A stretch of 61,437 bases of DNA, counting the filler, from Basidiobolus meristosporus CBS 931.73 (taxonomy: Eukaryota; Fungi; Basidiobolomycota), in assembly GCA_002104905.1 (NCBI GenBank). It is 5 parts of 5 records of this genome, joined end to end, with 100 filler letters (N's around TTAATTAATTAA, not from the genome) between each part and the next. Parts side by side here need not be neighbours in the genome. Positions count along the whole stretch, not along the records: positions 23,216 to 35,278 come from MCFE01001257.1; positions 35,379 to 48,039 come from MCFE01001232.1; 3 more parts are not named here. The stretch is one strand, 5' to 3'. The translations under genes were made by a program, and so were the position numbers. Under the pieces are notes generated by a model. It worked only from the letters and a program-made list of their open reading frames with translations. It made no database searches and was not told the origin of the DNA. Within the stretch, counting starts at the first letter, position 1. The number at the start of each line of letters is the position of its first letter. Positions 23,116 to 38,955 of the stretch are shown one piece after another.

Positions 23116-23215
23116 NNNNNNNNNNNNNNNNNNNNNNNNNNNNNNNNNNNNNNNNNNNNTTAATTAATTAANNNNNNNNNNNNNNNNNNNNNNNNNNNNN
23201 NNNNNNNNNNNNNNN
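23116..23215. other. Artificial contig spacer
   Basis: Ns + TTAATTAATTAA. Confidence 0.97.
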
Positions 23216-23458
23216 TACTAAAATAAAAATCATGGTTAATTGATGGTTAGAAATCAGAAGATGATTGGATTAAACGAATTACTAAACTCAGTTAAAGTGT
23301 CCTTGATACTCATCCCCACCCCCCCTCGCTATTCCAACCAGAGTCCATCATCATTGGACCAAATCGTCATCGAAACAACTCCCATTTTTAACAAACCACT
23401 TCGTTTCTGCTTTTTTGTCACTTATTCCTTTTGTTTTCCACCTCACTAACTCTTTTGA

Positions 23459-24139
<681 letters not shown>

Positions 24140-24456
24140 GTGAAACACCCAATTTCATCTAACAAGATTTTCGAGCCATTCGTTCGTCTTTTTGTACGTG
24201 AGTGAAGTTTATATGAAAATTGACATTTTGTTAGAATTTTTCTTTTAATTAAACCGACAATTATATCATAAACATTTTCGCCGATTGTTCCTTTAGTGGA
24301 GGACTTGAAAATAATTGAAGAACTGGCGTAGACGAACTTAATTTTGATGGAAGTTGTCAGGTCGATTTGATTAACAGTTGTTTAAAATATTTGAATTTAA
24401 GTCTGGATTTTAGATTTTTGTTTGTAATTGATAATGTGAATGTATATTGGTACATA

Positions 24457-24750
24457 CAATGTGGGTATATACACCGCATGGTTATTCCCAACCGTCAAGG
24501 TGACATAGTCACCTGGTCAAAAGACCTACGGAAAGACATAGAATATACGGTGCTCTCATTCCATCGTCGAACTCCACCCCAAGGGGCTTCGCTCAAGACA
24601 ACAGACGAGTTCTCTCAATGATGTGCCGGATAGAATTATACACCACAAGGGCGACGATTCGCGAAGGATTCGTCTGGGTGCTTCGTAGTACCGATTGAAA
24701 GGGCAACTTGCAGAGCAAGCTCCACGATCCACATCAACTGAGGGAGGAAG
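24457..24750 (-). ncRNA. snR30: Probable U17/snR30 H/ACA snoRNA, copy 1 (5' end approximate)
   Basis: H box AGAGCA, then a stem CCGU/GCGG enclosing AUAUUCUA (m1-like) and UAACCAU (m2-like), then an ACA. An upstream ATTGG, GGGGCG and TATAAATA lie within the repeat 24418-24814. Confidence 0.6.
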
Positions 24751-25015
24751 TGGATCGCTCCGATGTATTTATATTCGCCCCTCCAATCATCCGGACCACC
24801 ACAAAATTTGGGATTAGAAAAGAAATATTTTGTCCTCACATTTTTTAAGAATATCCATTACATGTAAAACATCACTACACCGGTCACATTGGAATTTTTT
24901 TGACCGCTGTAGACATGAATCTCGAAAAAAAAAGAATAATGAAGAGCGATAGTCGATTTCCTATGTTCTACCTAGCTTCTAGTTGTGACTACGTTGTATT
25001 GTTCATCAACTTCTA

Positions 25016-27586
25016 ATGTCAGCTGTACCCTCATATGCTGGTACTTGGGGTAACACCCAAGTCGAACTTAGACCGGAAATGTCAGTAATATAAAGGCGTC
25101 TCTACATAGAACTGTCGTTGAGATTTGGTTTTTCTAGTTTAGAGACGGTTCAGAATTTGGGCTTCACCAACATGACCCCGGTTCAAGCGGCGACGATCCC
25201 GTTATTCTTAAAAAACAAGGACGTAGTCGTTGAGGTTCGCCACTTCCCATCACGGCAGCGACCAGCTTTTCGCTATATACTAATACCTCGCTTCGATGTC
25301 TTAGGCCGTAACAGGTTCCGGCAAGACACTCGCGTTTGTTATTCCAGTGTTGCAGATTTTACTTAGAAGAGAGGACCCCTTGGCAAAAAACCAGATTGGC
25401 GCAGTCATTGTCACTCCCACGAGAGAGCTTGCCAAGCAAATTTATGAAGTCATGGACATATTTTTAAAGGGCTCCTTCCAACACCTTAAGCATGCCTTAT
25501 ACATCGGTGGTGAGGCAACTATTGCCGATGACATCAAACATTTCAAGGAAGAAGGACCAGATATTTTGATTGGAACCCCTGGAAGACTTGAGGATTTGTT
25601 GACCGGAAGAGGAGGAGCAAAGTTGATTAATACCAAAGAACTGGAAGTTCTGGTGCTGGATGAAGCTGATAGGTACTCTTTACAGGGTTCGAACTTGGTT
25701 TAACCCCTAATAACATCGAATTTCATTATTTCCAGACTCTTAGATATGGGCTTCTCCAACTCCCTGACCAACATCATTGGTGCTTTACCCAAGCAAAGAC
25801 GTACTGGTCTTTTCTCAGCCACTATGACAGACGCCCTATCGGAATTGGTTAGAGCAGGTCTTCGTAACCCGGTGCGTGTTGTCGTCAAAGTGGAAGATCT
25901 CAAGTCTCACGAAGAACAAAGAACCCCCGCAACGTTAGTCAAGGCAACAACTACTATTACTTGTTCATACAGTGGCTGAATTCCTACATCAGTTTAGAAA
26001 ACGGCTTCATCGTCTGCAATCCTGACCAAAAACTAGGACAGCTTGTTCGCACATTACAAAGCGAGAGCAACAAGAAGTACATCGTCTACTTTAGCACCTG
26101 CGCGTGTGTTGATTACTTCTTCAAAGTGAGTGGAGCGACGTAGAGTCCAATGAAAGTCGCCTCGGCTCATCAACATCTCCTCCAATAGGTACTTTCCAAA
26201 CACTCCGCTCTATCGGAATTCAAGATCTTTTCCCTTCATGGTCAAATGGAAACCAAAAGAAGAAACGGTATGTCATTTCAACAAGTGTGACGCCCTGCCG
26301 TATCTCTAATACAACAGCGCTTGATAGCAACATACAACTCGTTTGTTGGTATCCCTGAGGGCGAGGGAGCAATCTTGGTATGCACAGATGTTGCCTCGCG
26401 TGGACTTGATATCCCTGATGTTGATGTTGTGGTGCAATTTGATCCACCACAAGATCCCAAAGTCTTCGCACATCGCTGCGGAAGAACGGCTCGTGCGGGC
26501 AGAGAAGGCCGCGCCATAGTGTTCTTGAACTGTGGCAGAGAAGAAACCTATGTAGGTTAGTATCAGCGTTATTGCTTCTACTACCAAGGGTTATAAGCTA
26601 ACCGCCAATAAGACTTCCTCCACATCCGAAAGATCCCCCTTCGTAGATACCCATATCTGCAATCAGATCTGAGCCCCCTTTCAGGCTCAAGCGAAGATCT
26701 CGAAGATCCCGAAAACGACAAGATATTAGAGGAAGTTCAGCAGATTGTGGCCTCTGATAGGGATATCTATGACAAAGTAATATGTACTTCCTCAACGCAG
26801 AAGCTATTACATGATTAACCTTTATTCTCAAGAGCATGAAAGCGTTCGTTTCCTTTGCAAGATCCTACTCCAAACACGAGGCCACTTATATCTTCCGTGT
26901 CAAGGATTTCGACTTTGGAAAGGCTGCTAGAGGCTATGGCTTGCTGAGGGTTAGTTGCGGGAGGCCGTTCTTAGCATGTCTCAAACTGCGTACTCATATG
27001 TTTATTCCACAGCTCCCTAAAATGCCCGAGCTCAAAGATCGTCAAGTAGACTTTTCTCCACCCGATGTTAATGTACGTACCGGTCAGCTTTCCCCTCTAA
27101 TCATCGCGATCTAACCCCGCTTTCCTGGCTACCTTAGCTTGATGAGCTCAAGTATCTTGACAAAGCCAAGGAGAAACAGAGACTTTTGAAATTGAAGGAG
27201 CGTGAAAATCGGTAAGCTTCGTCAAGCCGTTTCATGTTCTGGCAGATTAATTGAATGAATCCGGCTTCTGTTTCAGTCCAGAACGTGAGCCCAGGGCACC
27301 CAAAAAAAAGCAAGCTTGGTCGGACAAGCAAGAAGCCAAGGACCGCCGTGCTGAACGTCGCTTGAAGAAGGATAAAAAACGAGAATATCTCAACCAAAAG
27401 GCCATTGAGGCAGCCATACAGCTAGGCAAGAAGCGCGATGCAAGTGACGACGAGGACGATGATGACGAGTGGGAAAGTCTGCAACGCGAAGAAAGATTGG
27501 CCAAGAAGGTGAAGAAGGGCAAGATGAAGCAGTCCGAATTCGAAAAAGAGGTTGGGCTGGGAGACGGCTCTGATTTGGATCTTTGA
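25016..27586 (+). CDS. SPB4: DEAD-box RNA helicase SPB4/DDX55, multi-exon
   Basis: [64 protein letters not shown], the SPB4 C-terminal extension ([20 protein letters not shown]) and a Lys/Asp-rich tail. Confidence 0.93.
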
Positions 27587-27825
27587 CCGAGGAGTAGGAA
27601 ATTCGAAGCATCATAGATTTTATGTATAAAAGATTTACTTAGTTTTAATATTCAAATAAAATATCTGCTCGTGAGTCTTGATATATACTTGGTTTCCTTG
27701 ATTGTTTGGTGCCCACGAAAGCTGCCAAGGTAGAAAATTTTCTTTTTTTTCCTTTTTTTGTATCCCAAATTTTACGGTGGTCCGGGTGATTGGAGGGGCG
27801 AATATAAATACATCGGAGCGATCCA

Positions 27826-28119
27826 CTTCCTCCCTCAGTTGATGTGGATCGTGGAGCTTGCTCTGCAAGTTGCCCTTTCGATCGGTACTACGAAGCACCC
27901 AGACGAATCCTTCGCGAATCGTCGCCCTTGTGGTGTATAATTCTATCCGGCACATCATTGAGAGAACTCGTCTGTTGTCTTGAGCGAAGCCCCTTGGGGT
28001 GGAGTTCGACGATGGAACGAGAGCACCGTATATTCTATGTCTTTCCGTAGGTCTTTTGACCAGGTGACTATGTCACCTTGACGGTTGGGAATAACCATGC
28101 GGTGTATATAACCACATTG
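27826..28119 (+). ncRNA. snR30: Probable U17/snR30 H/ACA snoRNA, copy 2 (5' end approximate)
   Basis: Inverted near-identical copy (repeat 27762-28158). H box 28020-28025, m1-like 28030-28037, m2-like 28092-28098, ACA 28114-28116. Confidence 0.6.
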
Positions 28120-28458
28120 TATGTACCAATATACATTCACATTTACAATTACAAACAACAACCAAAATGAAATTCCAAACCGAAGTTCAAGTATAAACAA
28201 AGCTAACTGGCTGTATATATAATTTCGATGGCCTTTTTTTTTCATGTGACTACGCCATCTTGACAGTTGACAATTACTATGCGGTGTTTAAACCAATATA
28301 CATACTACAATATCAACGGCCACTTAATGCTTGAAATTCGTCACAGTTTAGGATCAACCCGTGAGTAACAACGAAATGTAAGGTGGCTTAGCTAGTGCGT
28401 ATGATGTACGAAACTTATTTAAACCCACTGTATTGGTGTTACTAATCATACCAACATC

Positions 28459-29567
28459 ATGAATCACAAATTTCGGTTGTTCCTACTTCTGCTTCTCTTC
28501 ACAAATTCGGTTTTGGGTGATGTTGCTCTAGCGGACTGTGAAGTCGTTTACCATAACAGAGTGTATGACTTGAGTAAACTTCGCCCTTCATCCAAGTACA
28601 TGCAATCCGTCGAAAAGCATCGAATTCTTCTTTTCTAATCACATTCCTAACAGGAAAGGTTGGGAGGTGGCTGGGGTTGAGGAGAATCATAGGTTTTGGG
28701 TGAATATATGTGATAGCTTTCACTCGGAACATCGGAGCTCAGTTGGCGCAGTTCTTCAAGGAACGTCGATGAACATCTCACTAGGGTTAGGTCACTAAAC
28801 CGATACTACCCCTGATACTGTCCCGTCTAACTTCTTACTTCAGAATGGTTAGCAAGAAGCCCTATATCAATAGTAAGAATGCACTGTTGTTTCCGCTGAC
28901 GACAAAAGTTCATTTGTTTCAACTAGACGATCGTATTATGCTGCGTTATGAGAATGGTGACGAGTGCCCAAGCAGTACACGACTACGCTCAACCCTCTTG
29001 GTATTTCAATGTGACCCCTGGGCGCGTTCAGATCATGTAATGGAATGCAAAAATGCTTCTGTTTTATGCCATCGAACTTATTTAGCATACTGCCTTTCTA
29101 GGCAACCATTAGCTTTATCGCTGATTGGCACCATTGTGGCTTTTGGTTTATGGTACACACGCCGATGGTTTGCACTGGGGTTTGGAGATGGGATTCGTTG
29201 CACATATACCTCCTGTATGTGGTAGCCAGTGTATTCAAAGACAACATACTCAATTCTTTTCGTAGGATTTTTGGCGCCTTGGGAGGGTACTTAGCCCTGG
29301 GTGCGCTATACAACTTTTGCGTGCTTAAAGCTAGAGGCGTGAATGTCTTGCCGCAACTCCGGATTTGGAAGAGATGTTTCCGTTTTAGCAAGGTAAGTCT
29401 CTAAGCAAATGGTTTGCACATGTATTGGTAATCACCAAAGGAATTAGGTTGCTCTCGCCTCTGTGATGGGGCTGTTGCTCTGTAGGTTTCGGAGAAAGTC
29501 TAAAATTGATTATCACATGTTGGAGGACTCCACTGATTTATTGATTGACGAGGATTATGATCATTAA
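28459..29567 (+). CDS. Mannose-6-phosphate-receptor-like (MRH domain) type I membrane protein, multi-exon
   Basis: Signal peptide, YDLSKL, FWVNIC, LRYENGDECP..RSTLLVFQCD, FIADWHHC, a TM followed by YNFCVLKARGVNVLP, and a tail YHMLEDSTDLL with sorting-type motifs. Confidence 0.85.
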
Positions 29568-29762
29568 ACATTAGCGCCCAGTTGTTGGAGGTGACATCGG
29601 GTATATAGTAAATTACGTGGCGTCTAACACGGCGTTTATATATAAGTCACGCTCAAGATGATATCACTCTGAATACGTAAATCATCGATTAGTGTGAGGA
29701 ACTGATATTGGCTTAGCCGGCATGGTTAATTCAGAAAACTTAAACTAGTTACTGCCACTACA

Positions 29763-29978
29763 CTACTCAGGCCCCGTTTTTCCATCCTGGTGAGATGATT
29801 CGGGATCATGGCTACCAAACCCAGCAAACTGCTTGATGGCGTCCAAATGTGGATGTTCGTGCTTCCCGGTAGATTCGACCTCGGTCTTGGCACCAGCTGG
29901 AGGAGCAGTGTCCTTCTCTTTATGGTAGCCTGCCTGGTTGATCAATGGTTGCGATTTCTGAGTATTGCCTTTCTCCAT
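29763..29978 (-). CDS. Small hydrophilic 71-aa protein, unknown function
   Basis: ATG-initiated, intronless, rich in charged residues and Gly, with a TATAAAA about 40 nt upstream, in the genic contig. Confidence 0.5.
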   Translation of the reverse strand: MEKGNTQKSQPLINQAGYHKEKDTAPPAGAKTEVESTGKHEHPHLDAIKQFAGFGSHDPESSHQDGKTGPE

Positions 29979-30613
29979 GTGTGTAAATACAAACAGAGCC
30001 CAGCATTCCCCGACCTTTTTATATGTTTTCCTGGGGAAGTACGTAGACTTCAGCCACCAACCCTGACGTAATAGAATATAACGTCAGTCATCTTGTAAGC
30101 CAAGCGTAGAAATGATATATCAATTTGCTATTCGCCAGTCAGGATTCACACACGTATTCTTATCAAGGAGCAGAGAGTTAGACAAGTAGGATCCTTATCC
30201 AGGAGCCAAGGAGCCAGAGTATCGTATCCTTATCATCACACCATAACTCGAAAGCCCCTCTCAATATGGATCACAAATCTATTTTCCTTCTTTGATTGAC
30301 TTTAAAGGAAATAGGGCATCCCTACTATTGGCAGAATTTTGGAGCTAGCATTTGTTTGTTTACAGTAAGGGCTGTTGTTTTGGTAGCCCAGAATTTATCC
30401 ATGTTGTTAGTTTATATGTGACCATTCAAAACTGCAATAAGCATTTAGCGTGCCATGAAACTAGTTTGGTATTTATTGTTTCCACAGATATAAGCTGAGA
30501 AATCTTAGCGGCATCGCCGGGCCTATTTTGTTTAGTATTCAGGCGTCTCGTTTTTTTTCTCACTTGACAGTTACGGCTCAGCGGTCTCTTTCACCTGACT
30601 TGAAGCATCAACA

Positions 30614-32962
<2,349 letters not shown>

Positions 32963-33181
32963 CAGCCCCAGTGAACGTACAGGGAGATAAGCTCTCACAT
33001 CGACCGTATTCACGGCATACTTGTACTATTAGAGTTTTATATGTAGCATCTCAAGATGTGTTATGTTGTAATTTAGTATGTGTAATCTCCATTCCACAAA
33101 ATAAATAGGTGTTGCGTGGTATCCGGGATGCTCATTGTATTTATCCATATCTATACATACATATATACCTATACATATTGT

Positions 33182-34140
33182 CTAAAGTTCTTTTATCAGC
33201 TCAGCTTTCTCAATGAAGTCCTCTGTGTTCTCCTCTCTGGTGTTGGAGATGAATGTGATCTCCACATCCTTGTGATAGCTCACTTTCGTTTTGGAGTGCT
33301 CCCTACGTTTGCCTCTGGTTGCTTTCCAGATCACGTAGATGGCAGGGTCAAAAAGGAACACGGCTGCGTTGAGTATCCCTTGGGAGCTGGTGGCCGAAAG
33401 CCCGATGATTCTTAGTGGGAACGGATATTCGATCCCGAAGAATTCCGACGACAAGAATACGATCTTGGATGTGTGGGTAAGGATGGGCACTATTGGGTAC
33501 AACACGATTCTACGAACCGCCATGTTGACCATGCGTTTGACTGCTGGGTTACACTCGTGGGAAACCTGTGGGAAGTGGTTGGTATGGCGAAACAGCTTGA
33601 TCACCGTTAGAAGTGACACAGTGGACAGATAGATACACCCCAGGATGATCCAGATATGCTGGGCCGCCCATTCCCAGAACAAAGTAGACCCACTATCCAG
33701 GTCGATAAACCAGCATGAGCTAGGCCTGGCGGGGTCGTACCCTAGTTTGTGATGCATCGTAGGACCAAGTGAAATCACGGTGGCGCAGATGAATGACCCA
33801 CATACAAGGAGGTTTTCAAAATGGCGGATCTTTTCGGTGCCATGAAGGAAAACCACCTGAAGGTTCAGCGCGACGATGATGTTGAGAAAGATGTAAAGTA
33901 GATCGGTCCAGAGCGCACCCCAGGCCACAAAGGTGCAGAAGCTGGTAGGCCCGGCGCTGACATAACTCAGGATTAGGAAGATGGCATAGAAGAGGTCCAC
34001 CCAGGAGATGAGAAAGGCGATCCGAAACGACACCCGGTCAGCATATTTACTATTATACGAGTATATGGCCGTGATAAGTACAATGATGAGCAATGATGTG
34101 GATGCAGATAAGCAATTCAGCAGGATAGTGATGTCTTTTA
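33182..34140 (-). CDS. Seven-TM GPCR-like protein (Git3/cAMP-receptor-like); 5' end unresolved
   Basis: Seven hydrophobic segments with DRVSFRI, IVALNLQVVF, CWF, RRIVLYPIVP and QGILNAAVFLFDP. Confidence 0.8.
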
Positions 34141-34446
34141 GGGAGGGTTTCCTTCTTGAACGAGAGCGAGACCATGGGATCGAGATCCTTCGGCTCTGTA
34201 TTTATATTCATCAGGATTGTTAAGTGAATGCGAGTAAATGCTCGTCCTATTGTCATGGATGCTACTTGGAGATGTGTTGCTCTGCGCATGCAGTAAAAGG
34301 TTATTCACGATTTGGGTTTTCCGCACCATATTTGAAACTGTCTATCCTAACTCTACATATGCATATACAGAATGCCACAAAAGATCCAGCGCACATCGGT
34401 TCAAGGGTTTGTATTCATGGACAATGTTCGAGATTTGGAGAAAGAC

Positions 34447-35278
34447 TCATGCTGATGGACTTTGGATGTAACTCATAAACAATGGGATGCCTCGGTTGGT
34501 GCTGATGATGAAATAAAACGGCCTGTTGCATTCGAAATGAAACGGGCGTCCTAGAATCATTGCTGACCTGGTGAGGATAACTGCGGTGGCGGCACTAGCC
34601 TTGGAGCCCGACTACGGTGATTTATCAAAGTATGAGTCTTGGTGAATGGGCGAAAGGTTGATCCAATCCACTTACCTCGTCCACCTCTATTCTGCACTTG
34701 TGCAGAATGCTATCTACAGCCAAGGATCCATCAGTCAGCTCCCCCAGATTGGCTTCCCTGGCGTCGAACACTCTCCTGATACCCGCATCCTTTAATGCCT
34801 GGCTGAGATCTACCTGGCTCTCCAAATCAAACTTCGGCAAATCACTGTTCCACGGGCTTTCATCTTTCTCTCCAAAAAGACGTGCTTCCATTCCTCTGGG
34901 TTCATCATGGTACTTGCCTTCTGGAAATCAACTGCCTCTTTGGAAGTACAATGGTGGCCAGAAAGCGGTAATCCTTGTAGGGCATATGCAACACCTGGTA
35001 GGACTCTCTTTCTGCATACTCCCATGTTTTCCCCTCAATGGTCATCATGCTAGCATCTAGCTGCTTTCCCAGAGGTGTGGAAAAGGGTGCGCTCTTCGTA
35101 TCATCCGGACCAAATGGGTGAAGCCAGCGGCCATTGAATGTAAACAGAGTTGATAAGCATGATCACGTATTCGAGAAGCTTTGCTCAGGGCTGAAAAATT
35201 CCTTTAGGTGCCCTTTGGTTTTCTTTCTCTATCCAAGCGTTCACCCTTCTACCATCCTCGGGGGGTGGAAAGGCTTCG
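34447..35278 (-). CDS. Serpin, 3' part (5' end beyond the contig edge; intron 34612-34675; several 1-nt frame breaks)
   Basis: RVNAWIE, LINSVY-FNGRW, YQVLHMPY, LPKFDLES, EVDE|SGSKASAATAVILTRS and FECNRPFYFII...PLFM. Confidence 0.88.
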
Positions 35279-35378
35279 NNNNNNNNNNNNNNNNNNNNNN
35301 NNNNNNNNNNNNNNNNNNNNNNTTAATTAATTAANNNNNNNNNNNNNNNNNNNNNNNNNNNNNNNNNNNNNNNNNNNN
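35279..35378. other. Artificial contig spacer
   Basis: Ns + TTAATTAATTAA. Confidence 0.97.
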
Positions 35379-35399
35379 ACAATATCATCACAGCATTTG

Positions 35400-38300
35400 C
35401 GGATTTCTCTGCCAAATGAGTTTACAAACTTGATGGTGTTTGAGTGGTCTTTTGACAAAACTTACATAGCTTTATATTGGTCTTGATGCATTCTGTCTTC
35501 ATTTCAGCAGGCCTTGCAAGTCATTGCATCCAATTGCCTCATATGGCAGGAAACTGATGGTGTTCTGATAGTCTCATTGCAAGCCTTGGCTGGCATTACA
35601 AAGGCAATATGGTGGCCTACAGCTAGGTCTATATAATCTCACCATGCAAATTTACAAAATTGTATTTTCTTTTCTACCTCCCCTGGTGCAGTCCATATTA
35701 GTGGTGTAGCTTTGGTAGGAGCCCTACATCTTTATGCTAATGTTCATTCACTGGATCCCATACGTCCAGGCTTCAGCTGGCACTGCAAGGTCTAGCTCCT
35801 CATCTGCCAGTATTTGCCATAAGTCCTTGCAATATTCAAGTGCATTTTTGTGAGCACTGCTCTTGAAGAAGTGTTGCACCTTCTTGGTGTGCCTATTAAT
35901 GTTTCAAAATTCCACCAAAGACATTGTGATGCCTTTTGAGTTCTTGCCATTGCTACTATATCTGTCACTGGGATCTTCATTCTGACAGCAATGCGCAAAT
36001 TTCCTTGATCACTGCCAAGTCTGTCAGTGCTTCTTTGTCTGTGTGCTTCTTGCTCTGAACTACACTTTCATATTGATAAATACTGCACTGATGCCTCTAT
36101 TTTGGCCTGCTTGTCCCTTGCTGGTGCACTGCAGGCAACCTGACGCTTCTTTCCTACTTGTCTCAATCTCTGAGCTTATGCTGTGACAGGCTCTTGAGGT
36201 AGCCACTTGTCCCAATCACTTCCAGGTCCTTCACTGGTACTTGGAGTTAGCGCTTCTTGTGTAGAACTATGCTTTTCCAGGGTACATATTGTGCTGGTGT
36301 ATTTGTGTCTGCCTGCTTTTCCCTCATTGGCACGCTTCCAGCTACTTAATATCTCTTTGACACTTGTTTGGACCTTTTGGCAATGCTTGTAATGGGCTAT
36401 TGAGGAAGCCACTGGTGTATAGTCATTGCACCCTTGTTCTTCTGCCATTGATAGTTTCTGCTACGCTTCAGATACTTTCTTAGTATACCAAAGCTTGCCC
36501 CAAATTCATTTTCTTGTCTAAATCCAGATAATGCTCATGGAACAAGTCAACTATATTCCGCTTAGCCTTGAGTTCCTGATGGTCCCATGATATGCTGGCC
36601 TTAAGGCATTGGCATGCTAGACTTCAAACAGCCACTTGAAAATTAGCCCACTCTTCATCATTGCACTCAATGGCTACATGGATTTTTGAGGTCTTTTGAT
36701 TGATAGGCTTTGGCAAAAATATTAGATGTACTCCCTCCCATGCTGGGATAGGTTTTTCTGTGGACTTTATCCTTACACACTGTTCCTGTGCTTAAAAGAC
36801 AGTAACTTGCTCCTCTGCTGTTAAATTGGCAAATGGCGCAATTCTTGGTTGTGACATTGAGCTACTTGAGTTCCTTCTTTGCAGTAATGGTACTGCTCTC
36901 TGTACCTGAGATCTTGGTTGCTCTACACCCTTTATCTGCTCCTCCTGTTTCTAGACTATTTCCTGATTTCTCTTGGCCATTGCATTTATCTTTCCAGCCA
37001 CTGCACCTAATTGCCTAATTAATGCATTGGTATGAGCTGACAGCATACTTGCTAATACAGTTGGTGTTGATGTTATGATGACCACTTGATGGTCTCCAAC
37101 TGAAAGTATTGCTTTTACTACATTCTCATTTGCCTCAGCAATCTGGTCAGCTTGCAGCTCTGTAGAGATTCCCAATTGTCTACTTGACTGAGAGCCTTAG
37201 GAGTCTGCATTATTTCCCCTCAGTGGGCACACTGTCCACAGAGCTTTTTTTGCTTGAAGCCCCACTTGCTGCACTGAATGTCAAAGCAAGCTATTGTCCA
37301 ACTGTTCTTCTACAGCTGTCAGTGGTGGGGTTTGGTTGGGAACCAGAAAACTTTGATTTATCATTTAGCAGCATATATAGGGAAGTGAGTCAAACCAAAG
37401 GGGAAATGGTGTTGCATATACTTGTATATGTTTTGCCACAACTTTATTTATAATGCTTATTATGGTAGGTCATCATTGAATATGACATTCTTATAGATGC
37501 AATATCTCAAATACAAGACTGTCTTAAGCTCACATGAGTATTGATAAAAAATGATTTAATGCCATTACATTGTTGAGTGTCAATCTGTTTGCCCCATAGA
37601 CAAGACCACATTGATTCAACACCATAAGAGAAGAGAAAAGGACCATTTGGCTATTGCAGCAAGCCTCTCAACCATGAGGTATGCCAACAGCATAGGTAGT
37701 ATTACAAGGATCATGGCCAGTATTTTGCCACACAAGTTATATTTGACCATTCACTAGTCACTACTGTACTAGCAATATCTTGCTGGCCACTTGATACTTC
37801 TATAATGGCATCTGGCTTTACTTGGCACCTGCGTAAACTTAGTCAGGCAAGTTTGTGACACCCTTAGGCTCATCGCAGCCTTCTGATTACAGCATGCAGA
37901 GTGATAGCTCTGAAGAAGCAGGCTCACTAATGGATGGGGTGCCTATCTTTCCTAATAACAGTACCATGCAAGAGCCTGGCCAAATTCCATTATGTAACAA
38001 GCCAAAACCCATTGAAAAAATGCCAAGGATACTTTACGGGGTAAAGTGAGCCTAGTAATCCATCTACTGGTGAATGATGTGATGTTGTGGCTAGAGAAGT
38101 GTCTTGTTTTCACTAACATCAGTAATGGGGGCTTTGAGGATTTACTACAACTTCTTGCCACCATAAACCCAGGATGCAACTTCCCCTGTACATGGTATAA
38201 ATGGAAAACTGTCATACAGTTGGCGATGTATGATGCAGAGATTGTTCTGATACCAGCATGTATGAGCAGTTGCATGGTATTCATATCAGAAAATGCTACC

Positions 38301-38950
38301 AATGCAGCTACCATTGCAAGGTGACCAACTTGTCAGGAATCCACCACCTTTAGGGAAAAGATTGTTTGCACTCCAGATATATTCTGGTAATACCCTGTCT
38401 AAAGAAGTTCATGCAGTCCAACAAGTAATGTGAAGTTATAAAGTACCATGCCCAGTGTCAATCAAGCAAAAACATATCTGATGTACTTGATGGCAAACAT
38501 TACAAACAGCTAAGAAGCAAGGACTACTTTGAGGGTATGTATGACCATGCCTTTGCCTTGGCACTGGATGAATTTGCATCAAACAGTCACTCTACCAGCA
38601 AATCCTGCTGGTTTCTAATTCTCATCAATGTGAATCTGCTGCCTATCTTGTGGTATCAGAGCAGAATCTGGTGGTAGTCTCACTGTTATCAAGGCCCAAA
38701 TAACCATCCAACCTGGATAGCTACCTGTATCCATTGCTGGATGAATTTTCTATGCTTTCCAGTATGATACCAGTAAATGGCCCGCATGTAAAAGCAAATA
38801 TTATTATCTGCATTGGAGATACCCTGGCCATCAGCAAGATTGCTGGCTTTTCTGGGCCCAATAGATAGTATTGCTGTCAAAATTTGTGAGATACAAGGGA
38901 CTACGCCATAACTGACAGACATTACTATCAACCAAACACCAAAATTAGGA
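35400..38950. mobile_element. CACTA relics: ORF2-like (35700-37400, -) and Transposase_21 fragment (37860-38930, +)
   Basis: At 38520-38880 the + strand reads FALALDEF..STSKSCWFLILINVNL / SLLSRPK*PSNLDSYLYPLLDEF..IGDTLAISKIAGFSG, matching the TnpD core. Confidence 0.75.
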
Positions 38951-38955
38951 GCTGC

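Noticed and set aside
22883-23167. 94-aa poly-(Leu-Gly) ORF
   Set aside because: It is a translation of the telomere repeat running into Ns.
24367-28245. Duplicated short ORFs 24367-24621/27955-28245 and 24636-24839/27758-27940
   Set aside because: They exist on both strands of the same 397-bp repeat and have different starts in each copy. They are better explained as by-products of an ncRNA duplication.
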